The position numbers and the translations under genes are program-made. Below, one piece after another: positions 1 to 12,699 of a stretch of DNA of 64,000 nt. The notes beneath the pieces were generated by a model. That model ran no database searches, was not told the DNA's origin, and was given only the letters and a program-made list of their open reading frames with translations. The stretch is from positions 2,880,001 to 2,944,000 of the forward strand of contig OY821645.1 in NCBI GenBank assembly GCA_963682135.1, given 5' to 3'. The DNA comes from Methanothrix sp. GTDB taxonomy: Archaea > Halobacteriota > Methanosarcinia > Methanotrichales > Methanotrichaceae. Position 1 is the stretch's first letter. Each line of letters starts with the position of its first letter.

Positions 1-449
<449 letters not shown>

Positions 450-575
450 AACGTTATTGGGTATGCGAAACTGCATACCCGTCCCCTTAACCAGTTGGAA
501 GCTGAAAATGTCGACCGAGACCAAACAAGAGAAATTAGCCAGCTATTCTGATTATTAGCTGGGCAATGATAACCC

Positions 576-648
576 GGGCTTGTAGCTCAGCTGGTAGAGC
601 GCCGCCTTTGCAAGGCGGAGGCCCTGGGTTCGAATCCCAGCAAGTCCA
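576..648 (+). tRNA. tRNA-Ala(TGC) in the 16S-23S spacer
   Basis: Cloverleaf GGGCTTG...TAGCTCAGCTGGTAGAGC, anticodon arm CCGCC-TTTGCAA-GGCGG, T-loop GGTTCGAATCC, end CAAGTCCA. Confidence 0.98.
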
Positions 649-729
649 AATTCATATGCACACATTGAGGCAGACTCGATGTGGAAGGGCAGAGGTCCGT
701 TCATTGACGGGACGGTCCTGTGAAGCCGT

Positions 730-771
730 GCACAAGCTTTGCGACCAGACGCTCACTGAGTTTAGTGGGGC
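730..771 (+). other. 5' strand of the 23S processing stem; pairs with about 3668-3714 to form a bulge-helix-bulge
   Basis: TTTGCGACCAGA/TCTGGTCGCAAA and TGAGTTTAGTGGGGC/GCCCCGCTAAACTCG flank a 4-bp helix CGCT/GGCG with 3-nt bulges CAC and AAA. Confidence 0.9.
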
Positions 772-775
772 ATAA

Positions 776-3667
<2,892 letters not shown>

Positions 3668-3719
3668 GCCCCGCTAAACTCGGGCGAAATCTGGTCGCAA
3701 AGCATAAATTGTGCATTAC

Positions 3720-3777
3720 TCCACGGTAAGCTTCCAACGGGGAAGCAATTACTGCCGGTTCGAATCCGGACCATGGA
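3720..3777 (+). ncRNA. tRNA-like (mini-tRNA) element directly upstream of 5S rRNA
   Basis: Acceptor-like stem TCCACGGT/ACCATGGA, full T-arm CCGG-TTCGAAT-CCGG, one extra hairpin GCTTCC/GGAAGC; not a complete cloverleaf. Confidence 0.75.
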
Positions 3778-3780
3778 TTC

Positions 3781-3907
3781 GAGCATAGCGGCCAGAGCGA
3801 CAGGGAGACTCCTGAACCCATTCCGAACTCAGAAGATAAGCCTGCCCACGTTCTGCACTGTACTCAGATGCGCGAGCTCTCGGGAAATGCAGATCGCTGC
3901 TATGCTC
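3781..3907 (+). rRNA. rrf: 5S rRNA
   Basis: Terminal helix GAGCATAGCGGC/GCTGCTATGCTC and conserved CCCATTCCGAACTCAGAAGATAAGCC. Confidence 0.97.
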
Positions 3908-4333
3908 ACCTAAATTTTCTATTTTCAAGGAGATCTGATTTTATCAAAACATATCTCTTGTATACTAATTTGATGAATGGATTAGATTCTAAACTGCATG
4001 TAGGTAGCTATAATGTGTGAGAGTGCCTTCCTATAAAGAAAGGCGACATAATTTAGCTTCCTCTTTCTCACATTCGAGAGATTGATTTTGAAGGGAATGG
4101 CTGCATTTGATAAAACCGGTTTGTTGTTTGATTCCATAATCAGAGTAAATTGGATGATGACGGTCAAGCGAATTCTTGTTGACAGAAAGATCGGGGAAGC
4201 GGATGAAGATTTGCGAGCATGGGTAAATCAGGTCGTTCCCAAATGGCTTGCCATATAGTCAAGAAAAAGAGCAATAGGGAAAAGCTATAATTACCCGAAA
4301 ACCCCCTCCCGAAAGTGAGAGAAGGAGAGAATA

Positions 4334-5290
4334 ATGTCGGAGGATCAGAAAGCAGTCTACAGCCGCGCACCAGAGATGTTCAAAAGGCTCCGGCGCGAGA
4401 TCGACAAAGTCATGGTCGGCCAGAATGTGGCTATCGAGCAGCTCCTTGTTGCCATTCTGGCTGGAGGCCACGCCCTCCTGGAGAGCAATCCGGGTCTCGC
4501 CAAAACGCTGCTGGTGAAGACCACTGCTTCCTGTCTGGGTCTTGATTTCAGCAGGATTCAATGCACTCCGGACCTTATGCCCGCGGATATCACCGGAACG
4601 ACCATCATTGACGAGATCGATAAGAGCAAAAAGTTCCGCTTCGAGGCAGGTCCCGTCTTCTCCAATATCGTTTTAGCCGACGAGATCAACCGGGCATCTC
4701 CCAAGACGCAGAGCGCTCTCTTAGAAGCCATGCAGGAAAAGCAGGTGACGGTAGGAAACAAGACCTATCTTCTCGATAAACCCTTCTTTATCCTGGCCAC
4801 GCAAAATCCTATTGAGATGGAAGGCACCTTCCCTCTTCCCGAGGCACAGCTGGATCGGTTCTTGCTCAAGATTTTCATGGAATATCCATCCAAGGAAGAG
4901 GAAATGGAGATCCTGGAGAGATACACCATTCGCGGTGAGCCCAACGTGGAGCCGGTGGTCAGCAAGGATGAGGTGATCGCACTGCAGCAGCTCTGCCGCG
5001 ATATGCCTGTCTCCGATGATCTGAAGGCTGCGACAGTGAATCTCGTGCTGGCCACACGCAAGTGGGAGGGCGTCGCCTACGGAGCCAGCCCCAGGGCCAC
5101 CATCGGCCTCATTCTATCAGCCAAGGCCAGAGCATTCCTGCAGGGCAGAAACTATGTTTCCAAAGACGATCTGCATGTCATGGCCTATCCTGTCTTGAGG
5201 CACAGAATTATCCTGGGCTTTGAGGCGGAGCGAAAGGGTCTCACCCGCGACCAGGTGGTAACGGACATTTTAAAGAGTCAGTCTCTTTAA
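4334..5290 (+). CDS. MoxR-family AAA+ ATPase
   Basis: HALLESNPGLAKT (Walker A variant), RIQCTPDLMPADITG, LADEINRASPKTQSALLEAMQE, ATQNPIEMEGTFPLPEAQLDRF. Confidence 0.95.
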   Translation: MSEDQKAVYSRAPEMFKRLRREIDKVMVGQNVAIEQLLVAILAGGHALLESNPGLAKTLLVKTTASCLGLDFSRIQCTPDLMPADITGTTIIDEIDKSKKFRFEAGPVFSNIVLADEINRASPKTQSALLEAMQEKQVTVGNKTYLLDKPFFILATQNPIEMEGTFPLPEAQLDRFLLKIFMEYPSKEEEMEILERYTIRGEPNVEPVVSKDEVIALQQLCRDMPVSDDLKAATVNLVLATRKWEGVAYGASPRATIGLILSAKARAFLQGRNYVSKDDLHVMAYPVLRHRIILGFEAERKGLTRDQVVTDILKSQSL

Positions 5291-5318
5291 GGTCTTCAAG
5301 GAGAGATCAGGAAAGATT

Positions 5319-6176
5319 ATGGATACAGAGTTCTTCAAGGAGCTGGAGAAGTTCTCACTGCTTGTCAGGAAGCGAGTATCGACCGCCTACAGCGGAGGCA
5401 GAAAGTCCCTGCGCTTTGGACACGGCATCAGTCCGGTCGGCTATCGGGAGTACCGCAAAGGAGACGACTTCAAGCTGGTAGACTGGAAGGTCTACGGTCG
5501 AACTGAGAAGCTCTATATCCGGGAGCATGAGGAGGAGAGAAGCCTGGTGGTGCACATCCTTCTGGACGGCAGCGCCAGCATGGGCTATGAGGGAAAGTTC
5601 GGCTATGCATCTCGCCTGGCAGCCGGCTTTGCCTATCTGGCTACCCAGGAAAATGAGAAGTATGCCATATCGCTCTTTTGCAAGAAGCTTTATCCAGGCG
5701 AGCCCAAGCGGGGAAGAAGAAATCTCTTTCAATCTATTGAGGCGTTGGACAGGACCACTCCCCGAGGGGGTACGGGATTGCTTGCCATCGCTGATCAGGT
5801 GGAATCGCTTCTCAAGACCACCAGCCTGGTGGTCCTGATATCCGACCTGTTGGGAGAGACCGAGGATGTCCTATCCAGCATCTACCGGCTATCCGGGCAT
5901 GAGCTGGTGGTAATTCAAGTGCTGGCACCGCAAGAAACGGAGCTTCGATTCGGAGGCGATGTCAAGTTCGTGGACATGGAGAGCGGCCTGCCACTCATCA
6001 CCCGTGTTACTGAGGATGAGCGAAAGGAGTATTTGAGACGCTTGGCGGAGCATAATAATCGAATCAGGGCGGCATGCAGTCAGGTTGGAGCTGATTATTT
6101 CCTTGTGAAAACGGACCGGCCTATCTTCGAGGCCTTTTCCGAGATGCTCAGCCGCGCTGTGATCTGGAAGACATAA
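5319..6176 (+). CDS. DUF58 / vWA-like MoxR partner protein
   Basis: REYRKGDDFKLVDWKVYGR, ILLDGSASM MIDAS-like motif, VVLISDL; adjacent to the MoxR gene. Confidence 0.92.
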   Translation: MDTEFFKELEKFSLLVRKRVSTAYSGGRKSLRFGHGISPVGYREYRKGDDFKLVDWKVYGRTEKLYIREHEEERSLVVHILLDGSASMGYEGKFGYASRLAAGFAYLATQENEKYAISLFCKKLYPGEPKRGRRNLFQSIEALDRTTPRGGTGLLAIADQVESLLKTTSLVVLISDLLGETEDVLSSIYRLSGHELVVIQVLAPQETELRFGGDVKFVDMESGLPLITRVTEDERKEYLRRLAEHNNRIRAACSQVGADYFLVKTDRPIFEAFSEMLSRAVIWKT

Positions 6177-6181
6177 GTCGT

Positions 6182-6270
6182 CTTTGTGCCTTTGTGGTGA
6201 GCGTGGTAGTAATCACTTGTCTCTCATCCCTACCGAGAAAACCAAACCACAAAGGCACAAAGCCACAAAG
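6182..6270. repeat. 17-bp perfect inverted repeat with short CACAAAG reiterations
   Basis: CTTTGTGCCTTTGTGGT (6182-6198) is the exact reverse complement of ACCACAAAGGCACAAAG (6246-6262); a third CCACAAAG follows. Confidence 0.85.
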
Positions 6271-6292
6271 AACGCTCAAGAGACGAACTAAT

Positions 6293-7525
6293 ATGTTTAT
6301 GAATTCAAATAACAGCAAGATCAAGCTTGGTTATGGTCAAGGGTGCCTCGATCTGATGTTGGCTGAAGGGGCAGAGGTAGTGCTGGCAGAGGAGCTTGCC
6401 GGCGCGCCTGCTGGTGAGATTGATAGATCAATAGATCATGCCCGTGGAAAGAGTCTCGATGATTTTGCCGGCTCTAAATCAGCCAGCATTCTGGTGAGCG
6501 ATATCACCCGTCCTGCTCCCAGTCATCTCATGCTTCCTCCTCTCATCCGCCGGCTTAAGGATCTGGACATTAGCGATCTGAAAATTGTCTTTGCTCTGGG
6601 CACGCACCGCAGGATGACGGTGGAAGAAGAGCGCTTGCTATTGCGCAGCTGCACCAGCCTGCCTTACATGCAGCATGACCCCAAGAACTGCGTATGTTTG
6701 GGCGAGACAGGGCGGGGCACGCCAGTGGAGATCCTGGAGACGGTCGCCTCATCTGATCTGATCGTGGCCACAGGAAATATCGAGTATCACTATTATGCCG
6801 GCTACAGCGGCGGAGCCAAAGCCGTCTTGCCCGGAATAAGCTCGGAGCGTTCTGTGATCAAAAACCATGCGTTGATGAGAGATCCGCTCGCCATCACGGG
6901 AAGGCTGGATAGCCCGGTGCGCCAGGACATGGAGGACGCGGCTGGAATAGCGGGGCTGGACTTCATCTTGAATGTCGTTCTGAACGGCAAAAAAGAGATC
7001 GTGCAGTCGGTTGCAGGCGACTTTATCTCCGCTCACCGCATTGGGGCTGCTACCGTGGATCGCATGTACCGACGAGCCGTTAAGCCGGTGGAGATTGTTG
7101 TGACCTGTGCCGGGGGCAGGCCCAAAGACCTCAATCTCTTCCAGGCGCAAAAGGCTCTTGACAATGCCAAGAATGCCGCCCTGCCGGGAGGAAGCATCAT
7201 CCTGGTGGCGGAGTGCTGCGAGGGGCTGGGCCATCCCGTCTTCGAACGATGGGCAAGGGAAGCGACATCTGCCGAGGATTGCTGGGAGCGCTTCGGTCGG
7301 GAGTATGAGTTTGGCGGGCACAAGGCTGCTTTTCTGGCCAAGGAGTCCATGCAGCATCATCTGATCCTGGTCTCGGCTCTGCCGAGGGATAAGGCGGAGA
7401 TGTGCTTCTTTCAGCCGGCGGCAACCCTTGAGCAGGCTCTGGAGCTGGCCAGAGCCAGGCAGGGCAAAGATGCGCGCATGCTGGTCATGCCGCACGGCAA
7501 TCTGACCCTGGCTGTGGCGAAATGA
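6293..7525 (+). CDS. larA: LarA-family nickel-pincer racemase/epimerase
   Basis: SDITRP, ALGTHR, HYYAGYSGGAKAVLPG, NLFQAQK, GGHKA motifs; start set at ATG 6293 rather than GTG 6194. Confidence 0.88.
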   Translation: MFMNSNNSKIKLGYGQGCLDLMLAEGAEVVLAEELAGAPAGEIDRSIDHARGKSLDDFAGSKSASILVSDITRPAPSHLMLPPLIRRLKDLDISDLKIVFALGTHRRMTVEEERLLLRSCTSLPYMQHDPKNCVCLGETGRGTPVEILETVASSDLIVATGNIEYHYYAGYSGGAKAVLPGISSERSVIKNHALMRDPLAITGRLDSPVRQDMEDAAGIAGLDFILNVVLNGKKEIVQSVAGDFISAHRIGAATVDRMYRRAVKPVEIVVTCAGGRPKDLNLFQAQKALDNAKNAALPGGSIILVAECCEGLGHPVFERWAREATSAEDCWERFGREYEFGGHKAAFLAKESMQHHLILVSALPRDKAEMCFFQPAATLEQALELARARQGKDARMLVMPHGNLTLAVAK

Positions 7526-7929
7526 TTTTATTCCCATTTCAACCGAAAACTGTATTATCTATAACGATCAAATAGATAGTTCGCTGCGAGATAAGGCTGA
7601 AGCTGATTAAGCTCCAGGAAATGGGCACCTCGCTTAATTGCGAAGTCTTCGGTGAATGCGAGAATCTATCGGACCTCGTTTCAGTTCTTGTATGAGCGCG
7701 GCAAGGATCGAAATGTGTGCAGGCGAAGCGGGAGCAGGCTCTTCATCTCTGATGATGTGTCCCCGTAAGAAGGGCGCTGTGTCAAAATCCAGTGCTGCCT
7801 CGCTGTTGCCTGTGTGATGGCGCAGGGCGGGCTCAAGGCCGCCACTACGGTGGTTGGTCCCTTTGAGAAGGGCATTGTGGCTCGATGCTTGGCTCGCCTA
7901 AAACATCACTGTGTTAATTCAAAAAAATT

Positions 7930-10800
7930 TTATTCCGACTTTTCTGCCATTTGCAGAGCCGCCTTCAGCTCCTCCATCTTCACCGGCTTGCTGATGTATC
8001 CATCCATTCCGGCGGCAAGGCATCTCTCCCTGTCTCCTTGCAGGGTATAGGCGGTCATAGCGATTATCCTGGGCTGTTTTGCAGCAGGCAGGCTGCTGCG
8101 AATGAATCTGGTGGCCTCCAGTCCGTCCATCTCCGGCATTTGAATGTCCATGAGGATCACGTCATAAGATTTTTGCTCCAAGCTTTTCAGCAATTCCTTG
8201 CCGTTGAAGGCCACATCAGCTTTATACCCCAGATGCTTGAGCATGGCCAATGCCACTTTTTGGTTGATCGGATTGTCTTCGGCCAGAAGAATGCGAAGAT
8301 CTTGATTTGTGGCGGGAGGCAAAGTAGCATCTCTTCGCGGCTTTACAGCCTTCTCTTCTCCCCCAAGAATGCGCAGCAATGCAATGCCTAGCTGGGCTTC
8401 TCTGACCGGCTTGGTTAAGAAGGCGCGGGTCTTGGCCTGCGAGGTTGCTTTCTCTCCCAAAAAGCCGATCTCTATCACCGGCAATGATTGCAGCTCTTGC
8501 TTGCTCAGTCTTTCTGCCAGCAAGGGCCATTTTGCGATATCGCTATCAACAATAATTGCATCGTACCTCTCCCTGTCCAAGAGCTGGCAGGCTTCCCAGT
8601 CCGAGCCTGGCTTTGCAGCAGAGACTGCAAAGGAGTGAAGATGATTGGCCAGCATCTTTCGGCTCGCTTCTTTATCGACTGCAATCAGGGCTTTCTTACC
8701 TTTTAGTCTGGAGTAATCTCCTGCATATTGATTCCTGGCAGCTTCGCAAGTCCCTGTCCCTTTTTCGGGCAACAGAAAATGGAATTGGGATCCTACTCCT
8801 GCTTTGCTCTCTGCCCAGATTCGACCGCCCATCAGCTCCACCAACCGGCTGCTGATGGCTAGCCCAAGGCCAGTTCCGTCATACCGGCGGGCAAGTGATG
8901 AGTCCACCTGGCTAAAGGGGAGAAAGAGCCGGGACATGCGATCCTCCGGGATGCCTATCCCCGTATCTCTCACTATGAAATGATATGCCTTTTCTTCTTT
9001 ATCTCTGCAGACTAAGACCGTTACCTCTCCTGATTGTGTGAATTTGACGGCATTGCTGGCAAGGTTACCAAGAACCTGCCCCAGACGCAAGGCGTCGCCC
9101 ACCATTCTCCGTGGCACATCGCCGGCCAGAACATAAGCCAGTTCCAGGCGCCTCTCGGCGGCATGGGCCGCAACCTGGTCGAGAGAGGTCTCGATAACCT
9201 CCTGCAAATCGAATGGCAGGTCCACAATATCCATTTTTCTGGCATCGATCTTGGAGAAATCCAGTATCTCGTTGATGATGCAAAGCAGTGAGAGGCCGCT
9301 AATGCGAATGGTCTTCACATAATCCCGTTCCACAGGACCAAGATCGCTTTCTAAGAGCAGGTCAGTCATGCCTATGACAGCATTAAGCGGCGTTCTTATC
9401 TCATGGCTCACATTGGCGGTGAACTCCGCTTTCGCTCTGGCTGAAGCCTCGGCAGCGTCCCTGGCCCGGACCAGCTCTTCTTCCATCTTCTTCTGCTCGG
9501 TTATGTCTATGCAAACGCCCAGGGCCGCATAAAACTCGCCGGATTCGTCAAGCAGGGGATATATGGAGTACATTGCCGGAAACTTCTCCTGGCTCTTTCT
9601 TAAAAGAGTCCTAAATCCGGAGAACGTCGTCTCTTTTCTCATGCGGCGAGCCGCTTCAGCCAATTTATCGCGATCCTCGGAAACAAGCAGCATAGAGACC
9701 GGTTTTCCTAAGACCTCTGCACGACTGTAGCCGAAACATTTCTCAGATCCTGGAGAGAATTCCAGGATGAGAGGCTCCTCACTCCTGGCATCAGCAATGA
9801 TAAAGGAGACATTCTTAGCCGCTTCAAAGATGGCTTTCAAATGCCTCTCCCTCTCATGCAAAGCTTTTTCCGCCTTTTTTCGCTCTGTCAGCTCATTATT
9901 CAAATCAGCGGTTTTCTCTATTACCATCTTGCCTAGAAAGTCCTGTCTGCTGGCCACCAGGTAAAACAGGCCGACAAGAAGTCCCAGAATTATCAGGCCT
10001 GCCATTTGGACGATTCTCAGCGGCACCTGCACTGCGTCAATCCATCCGCCGGCAGGCACTCCTGCCAGCTCCCAGTAGCCGTCGGGCAGCTCTATTCTGT
10101 AGATCACCGGAGCGGACTGGAATACTCTGCTTTCCCCATAAAACACCTGTCCGCTGCTGTCTCTCAATGCCATATCCAGGCTACTGGAGCTGTTGTCCAA
10201 TCCTGCAGCTTGCAACATCTGTGGAATATGGATGGTTATGGAAATGAATCCCCAGAACGTCTCATTTTCATAGACGGCTTTCCTGGCCACCATGCCCAGG
10301 CCGCCTCTTTTCATCTCATGAGGATTGGTGATAACCAGATGATGTGTGTCAATGGCTTTTTGCATATCTTCCCGGAAGGCGGGAGAAAGGTCCTGGAAGA
10401 GGCTGCGTCCTCTCATGGCTTCATAATCCGTTGCCGGATATACATACTGAAAGACTCCATTGGGCGCTATGGCAAGATTGCGAATTCCGTCGGTGCTGGA
10501 ATAGATATGCTCTGAGTAGATCACAAACTCATCATTTAATGCGGGTTTAGGCGAGCTGATCTCAGCCTGAACAAAGGCATCCAGGCCTTCGAGCAGTTCC
10601 AGGCGCTGAGAAATAGCCATAGCTAAAGAATTTCCCTGCGAATCAAGCTGGCCGGCAATGCGGGCCTGCTCATCAGTTATGAGCTGGGATTGATACCAAA
10701 GGCCTGCCTGCCACCAGATCAATAATAAAGCAATAGCAATCAGAGCAGTCTGCAGTTGAGTCTTTCTCATTGGCCTTCCTTTTATAGGCAGATGTTCCAT
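7930..10800 (-). CDS. Membrane hybrid sensor histidine kinase (CHASE-PAS-HisKA-HATPase-REC-REC)
   Basis: Two TM helices, H-box FTANVSHEIRTPLNAVIG, NAVKFT, DTGIGI, GTGLGLAIS, terminal receiver LLAEDN...LMDIQMPEMDG...KP; start may be 10770. Confidence 0.95.
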   Translation of the reverse strand: MEHLPIKGRPMRKTQLQTALIAIALLLIWWQAGLWYQSQLITDEQARIAGQLDSQGNSLAMAISQRLELLEGLDAFVQAEISSPKPALNDEFVIYSEHIYSSTDGIRNLAIAPNGVFQYVYPATDYEAMRGRSLFQDLSPAFREDMQKAIDTHHLVITNPHEMKRGGLGMVARKAVYENETFWGFISITIHIPQMLQAAGLDNSSSSLDMALRDSSGQVFYGESRVFQSAPVIYRIELPDGYWELAGVPAGGWIDAVQVPLRIVQMAGLIILGLLVGLFYLVASRQDFLGKMVIEKTADLNNELTERKKAEKALHERERHLKAIFEAAKNVSFIIADARSEEPLILEFSPGSEKCFGYSRAEVLGKPVSMLLVSEDRDKLAEAARRMRKETTFSGFRTLLRKSQEKFPAMYSIYPLLDESGEFYAALGVCIDITEQKKMEEELVRARDAAEASARAKAEFTANVSHEIRTPLNAVIGMTDLLLESDLGPVERDYVKTIRISGLSLLCIINEILDFSKIDARKMDIVDLPFDLQEVIETSLDQVAAHAAERRLELAYVLAGDVPRRMVGDALRLGQVLGNLASNAVKFTQSGEVTVLVCRDKEEKAYHFIVRDTGIGIPEDRMSRLFLPFSQVDSSLARRYDGTGLGLAISSRLVELMGGRIWAESKAGVGSQFHFLLPEKGTGTCEAARNQYAGDYSRLKGKKALIAVDKEASRKMLANHLHSFAVSAAKPGSDWEACQLLDRERYDAIIVDSDIAKWPLLAERLSKQELQSLPVIEIGFLGEKATSQAKTRAFLTKPVREAQLGIALLRILGGEEKAVKPRRDATLPPATNQDLRILLAEDNPINQKVALAMLKHLGYKADVAFNGKELLKSLEQKSYDVILMDIQMPEMDGLEATRFIRSSLPAAKQPRIIAMTAYTLQGDRERCLAAGMDGYISKPVKMEELKAALQMAEKSE

Positions 10801-10869
10801 TCTCCTTTCAACCTTCTCTAACGGTTGTCTGATAAACTATTTCCGCTCATAAATATTGGGTACTAAGCA

Positions 10870-11370
10870 ATGTGGCCTGAGGAACAGACTCGCGGTCGGC
10901 TAATGGATGGAATGGATACGGCATTCTTCAATAACCCCGTGGTGGTAAGGAGGTTTATGCCTGGCGACCTGGAGGCAGCCTTAGAGATCGATAGGGAGGT
11001 CTTCGGCGGATATGATCCTGCCATCTTCACAGCCTTTTATGAATACCACGGCGGCAGCTCTCTTGTCGCAGAGGTTAGTGGAATTGTGGCAGGCTTTGTC
11101 CTGGGATTTCGGCATACTCCTTTCGAAGGCAGGGTATTCTGGCTGGCCGTGAGGCCGCTCTTTCAGAGTCGCAACATTGGCATGAGGCTTATGCTGGAGG
11201 TTTTGCATGCCTTCCGGCAGATGGGAGCACGCAGTGCCACCCTGGAGGTACGAGTGAGCAATAAAAAGGCCCAGTCGCTTTATTCCATGTTGGGCTTTCG
11301 CATGATAGGCATCAGTCCTGCTTACTACAGCGACGGTGAGGCGGCCATTATCATGAAGATGCGACTGTAA
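10870..11370 (+). CDS. rimI: RimI-like GNAT N-acetyltransferase
   Basis: LAVRPLFQSRNIG acetyl-CoA loop, LEVRVSNKKAQSLY, YYSDGEAAIIM; true start may be further downstream. Confidence 0.85.
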   Translation: MWPEEQTRGRLMDGMDTAFFNNPVVVRRFMPGDLEAALEIDREVFGGYDPAIFTAFYEYHGGSSLVAEVSGIVAGFVLGFRHTPFEGRVFWLAVRPLFQSRNIGMRLMLEVLHAFRQMGARSATLEVRVSNKKAQSLYSMLGFRMIGISPAYYSDGEAAIIMKMRL

Positions 11371-11408
11371 GCACTATAACGGTGAATAAAATATTTTTTA
11401 ATTGTTTG

Positions 11409-12074
11409 TTACTCCACCCCGCGAGCGGTCAGGCGGAAGTCTGCCATGATGCCCTCCGGGGAAGAGCGGTGTTTCATGATCCGGGCGCTGCGCATCCCCT
11501 CACCTTTCTTCTCCAAAAAGATGATTGCTTTGCAGATATGTTCCAGTCCCGTGCCTCCAATAGGCCGCAGCGAGTTGTTCTCTATGTCCATGTAGACTTG
11601 ATTGGTTATTACTGCGGGAATCCTGTGCCTGCGAGCAATCTCCTGCAGCTCGGAGAGCTGGACTGTTAATGTTCGGCGAACAGAACGGTTATCATCTGCT
11701 TCCAGAAGCACACGGTAAAGGGATGTTGCCGAATCCAGAATTACCAGACCTAAATTTTGGCCGGCGATCTTGGATGCCTCGCGTATGGCTATTGCCTGCT
11801 GCTCCAGGCTCATGGGTTCAAAGATCATGATCTTGGCAGCCATCTCTTCTGCGCCGGGGCCGGCGATCTGTTTGAACCTCTCCGCGGAAAAGCCTTCCGT
11901 ATCTACGAATATGACGCGTAGACCGCGGGCTACGGCCTGTACTGCCAGTTGCATGACAATATTGCTTTTTCCCGTGCCTGCTTCTCCGTAAAGCTGGGTT
12001 ATTATGCCTGACTCAAATCCTCCACTCAAGAGAAGATCCAGGCTCTGGCAGCCGGAAGGCAAACGGTCGAGCAT
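11409..12074 (-). CDS. radB: DNA repair and recombination protein RadB
   Basis: RecA core without N-terminal HhH domain, GEAGTGKS, VDTEGFS, ITNQVY, KHRS motif. Confidence 0.95.
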   Translation of the reverse strand: MLDRLPSGCQSLDLLLSGGFESGIITQLYGEAGTGKSNIVMQLAVQAVARGLRVIFVDTEGFSAERFKQIAGPGAEEMAAKIMIFEPMSLEQQAIAIREASKIAGQNLGLVILDSATSLYRVLLEADDNRSVRRTLTVQLSELQEIARRHRIPAVITNQVYMDIENNSLRPIGGTGLEHICKAIIFLEKKGEGMRSARIMKHRSSPEGIMADFRLTARGVE

Positions 12075-12090
12075 GGGCTATCACAGACAA

Positions 12091-12684
12091 CTATCTAACA
12101 TGAGTAAATTTATCTATCCTATCCATGAGTCGGTCCATGGCCTCTTGTTCCCTGGGACCGCCACAGCGATTGATGATGCGCTGCATCTTCATCAGCTCAT
12201 CGAAATAGCATTCTGTGCGAAGAGCCAGATATCGGGTGGCAGCAACAGCCGCTTCAATCACCAAATTTGCTCCACGGTTGCAGGCGCGAAAATCCTTTCG
12301 CAAGACCTCACCCTTAACCAGCTGTACATTGGCGATGATAATATCCGAGGCAAAGGTCTCGCATTTAAAGAGCCCCCAGGCTTCTGCTTCTTTTAATACG
12401 GGCAAATCATCCCGGCGCGTGAAATATTCCGAATCAAGGTCTTCTATTGCCGTCTCTGCGAAGAGCCAGGCATCATGGCTGATATTGGCCACAAACCATC
12501 CTTTGGTCAGGACGTTTTCGTAGGTATGAGTACCGAGGAAAAGCCGCACATAAAGCCTATCTCCATCTCTTATGATGCCTAGTGGCGCGGCATTGATCCG
12601 GCCCGACATCTCTGTAGTTGCGATTACCTCGTTTATGCCGCCCTGTATTCCCAGTTCATCTAAAGCGTCATTTCCATAAAGCAT
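12091..12684 (-). CDS. DUF447 family protein
   Basis: EVIATT...NAAPLGI...THTYEN, NRGANLVIEAAVAATR. Confidence 0.85.
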   Translation of the reverse strand: MLYGNDALDELGIQGGINEVIATTEMSGRINAAPLGIIRDGDRLYVRLFLGTHTYENVLTKGWFVANISHDAWLFAETAIEDLDSEYFTRRDDLPVLKEAEAWGLFKCETFASDIIIANVQLVKGEVLRKDFRACNRGANLVIEAAVAATRYLALRTECYFDELMKMQRIINRCGGPREQEAMDRLMDRIDKFTHVR

Positions 12685-12699
12685 TATTAAAACCTCAAA

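Noticed and set aside
3720-3777. A functional tRNA (e.g. tRNA-Cys) in the 23S-5S spacer
   Set aside because: Too short and lacks a complete D and anticodon arm set; kept only as a tRNA-like element
6194-6292. N-terminal extension of larA (NHKGTKPQR)
   Set aside because: It is the translation of the intergenic inverted repeat
7580-7910. SRP RNA or RNase P RNA
   Set aside because: Size fits, but neither the SRP helix-8 GNRA motif nor GAGGAAAGTCC was found on either strand
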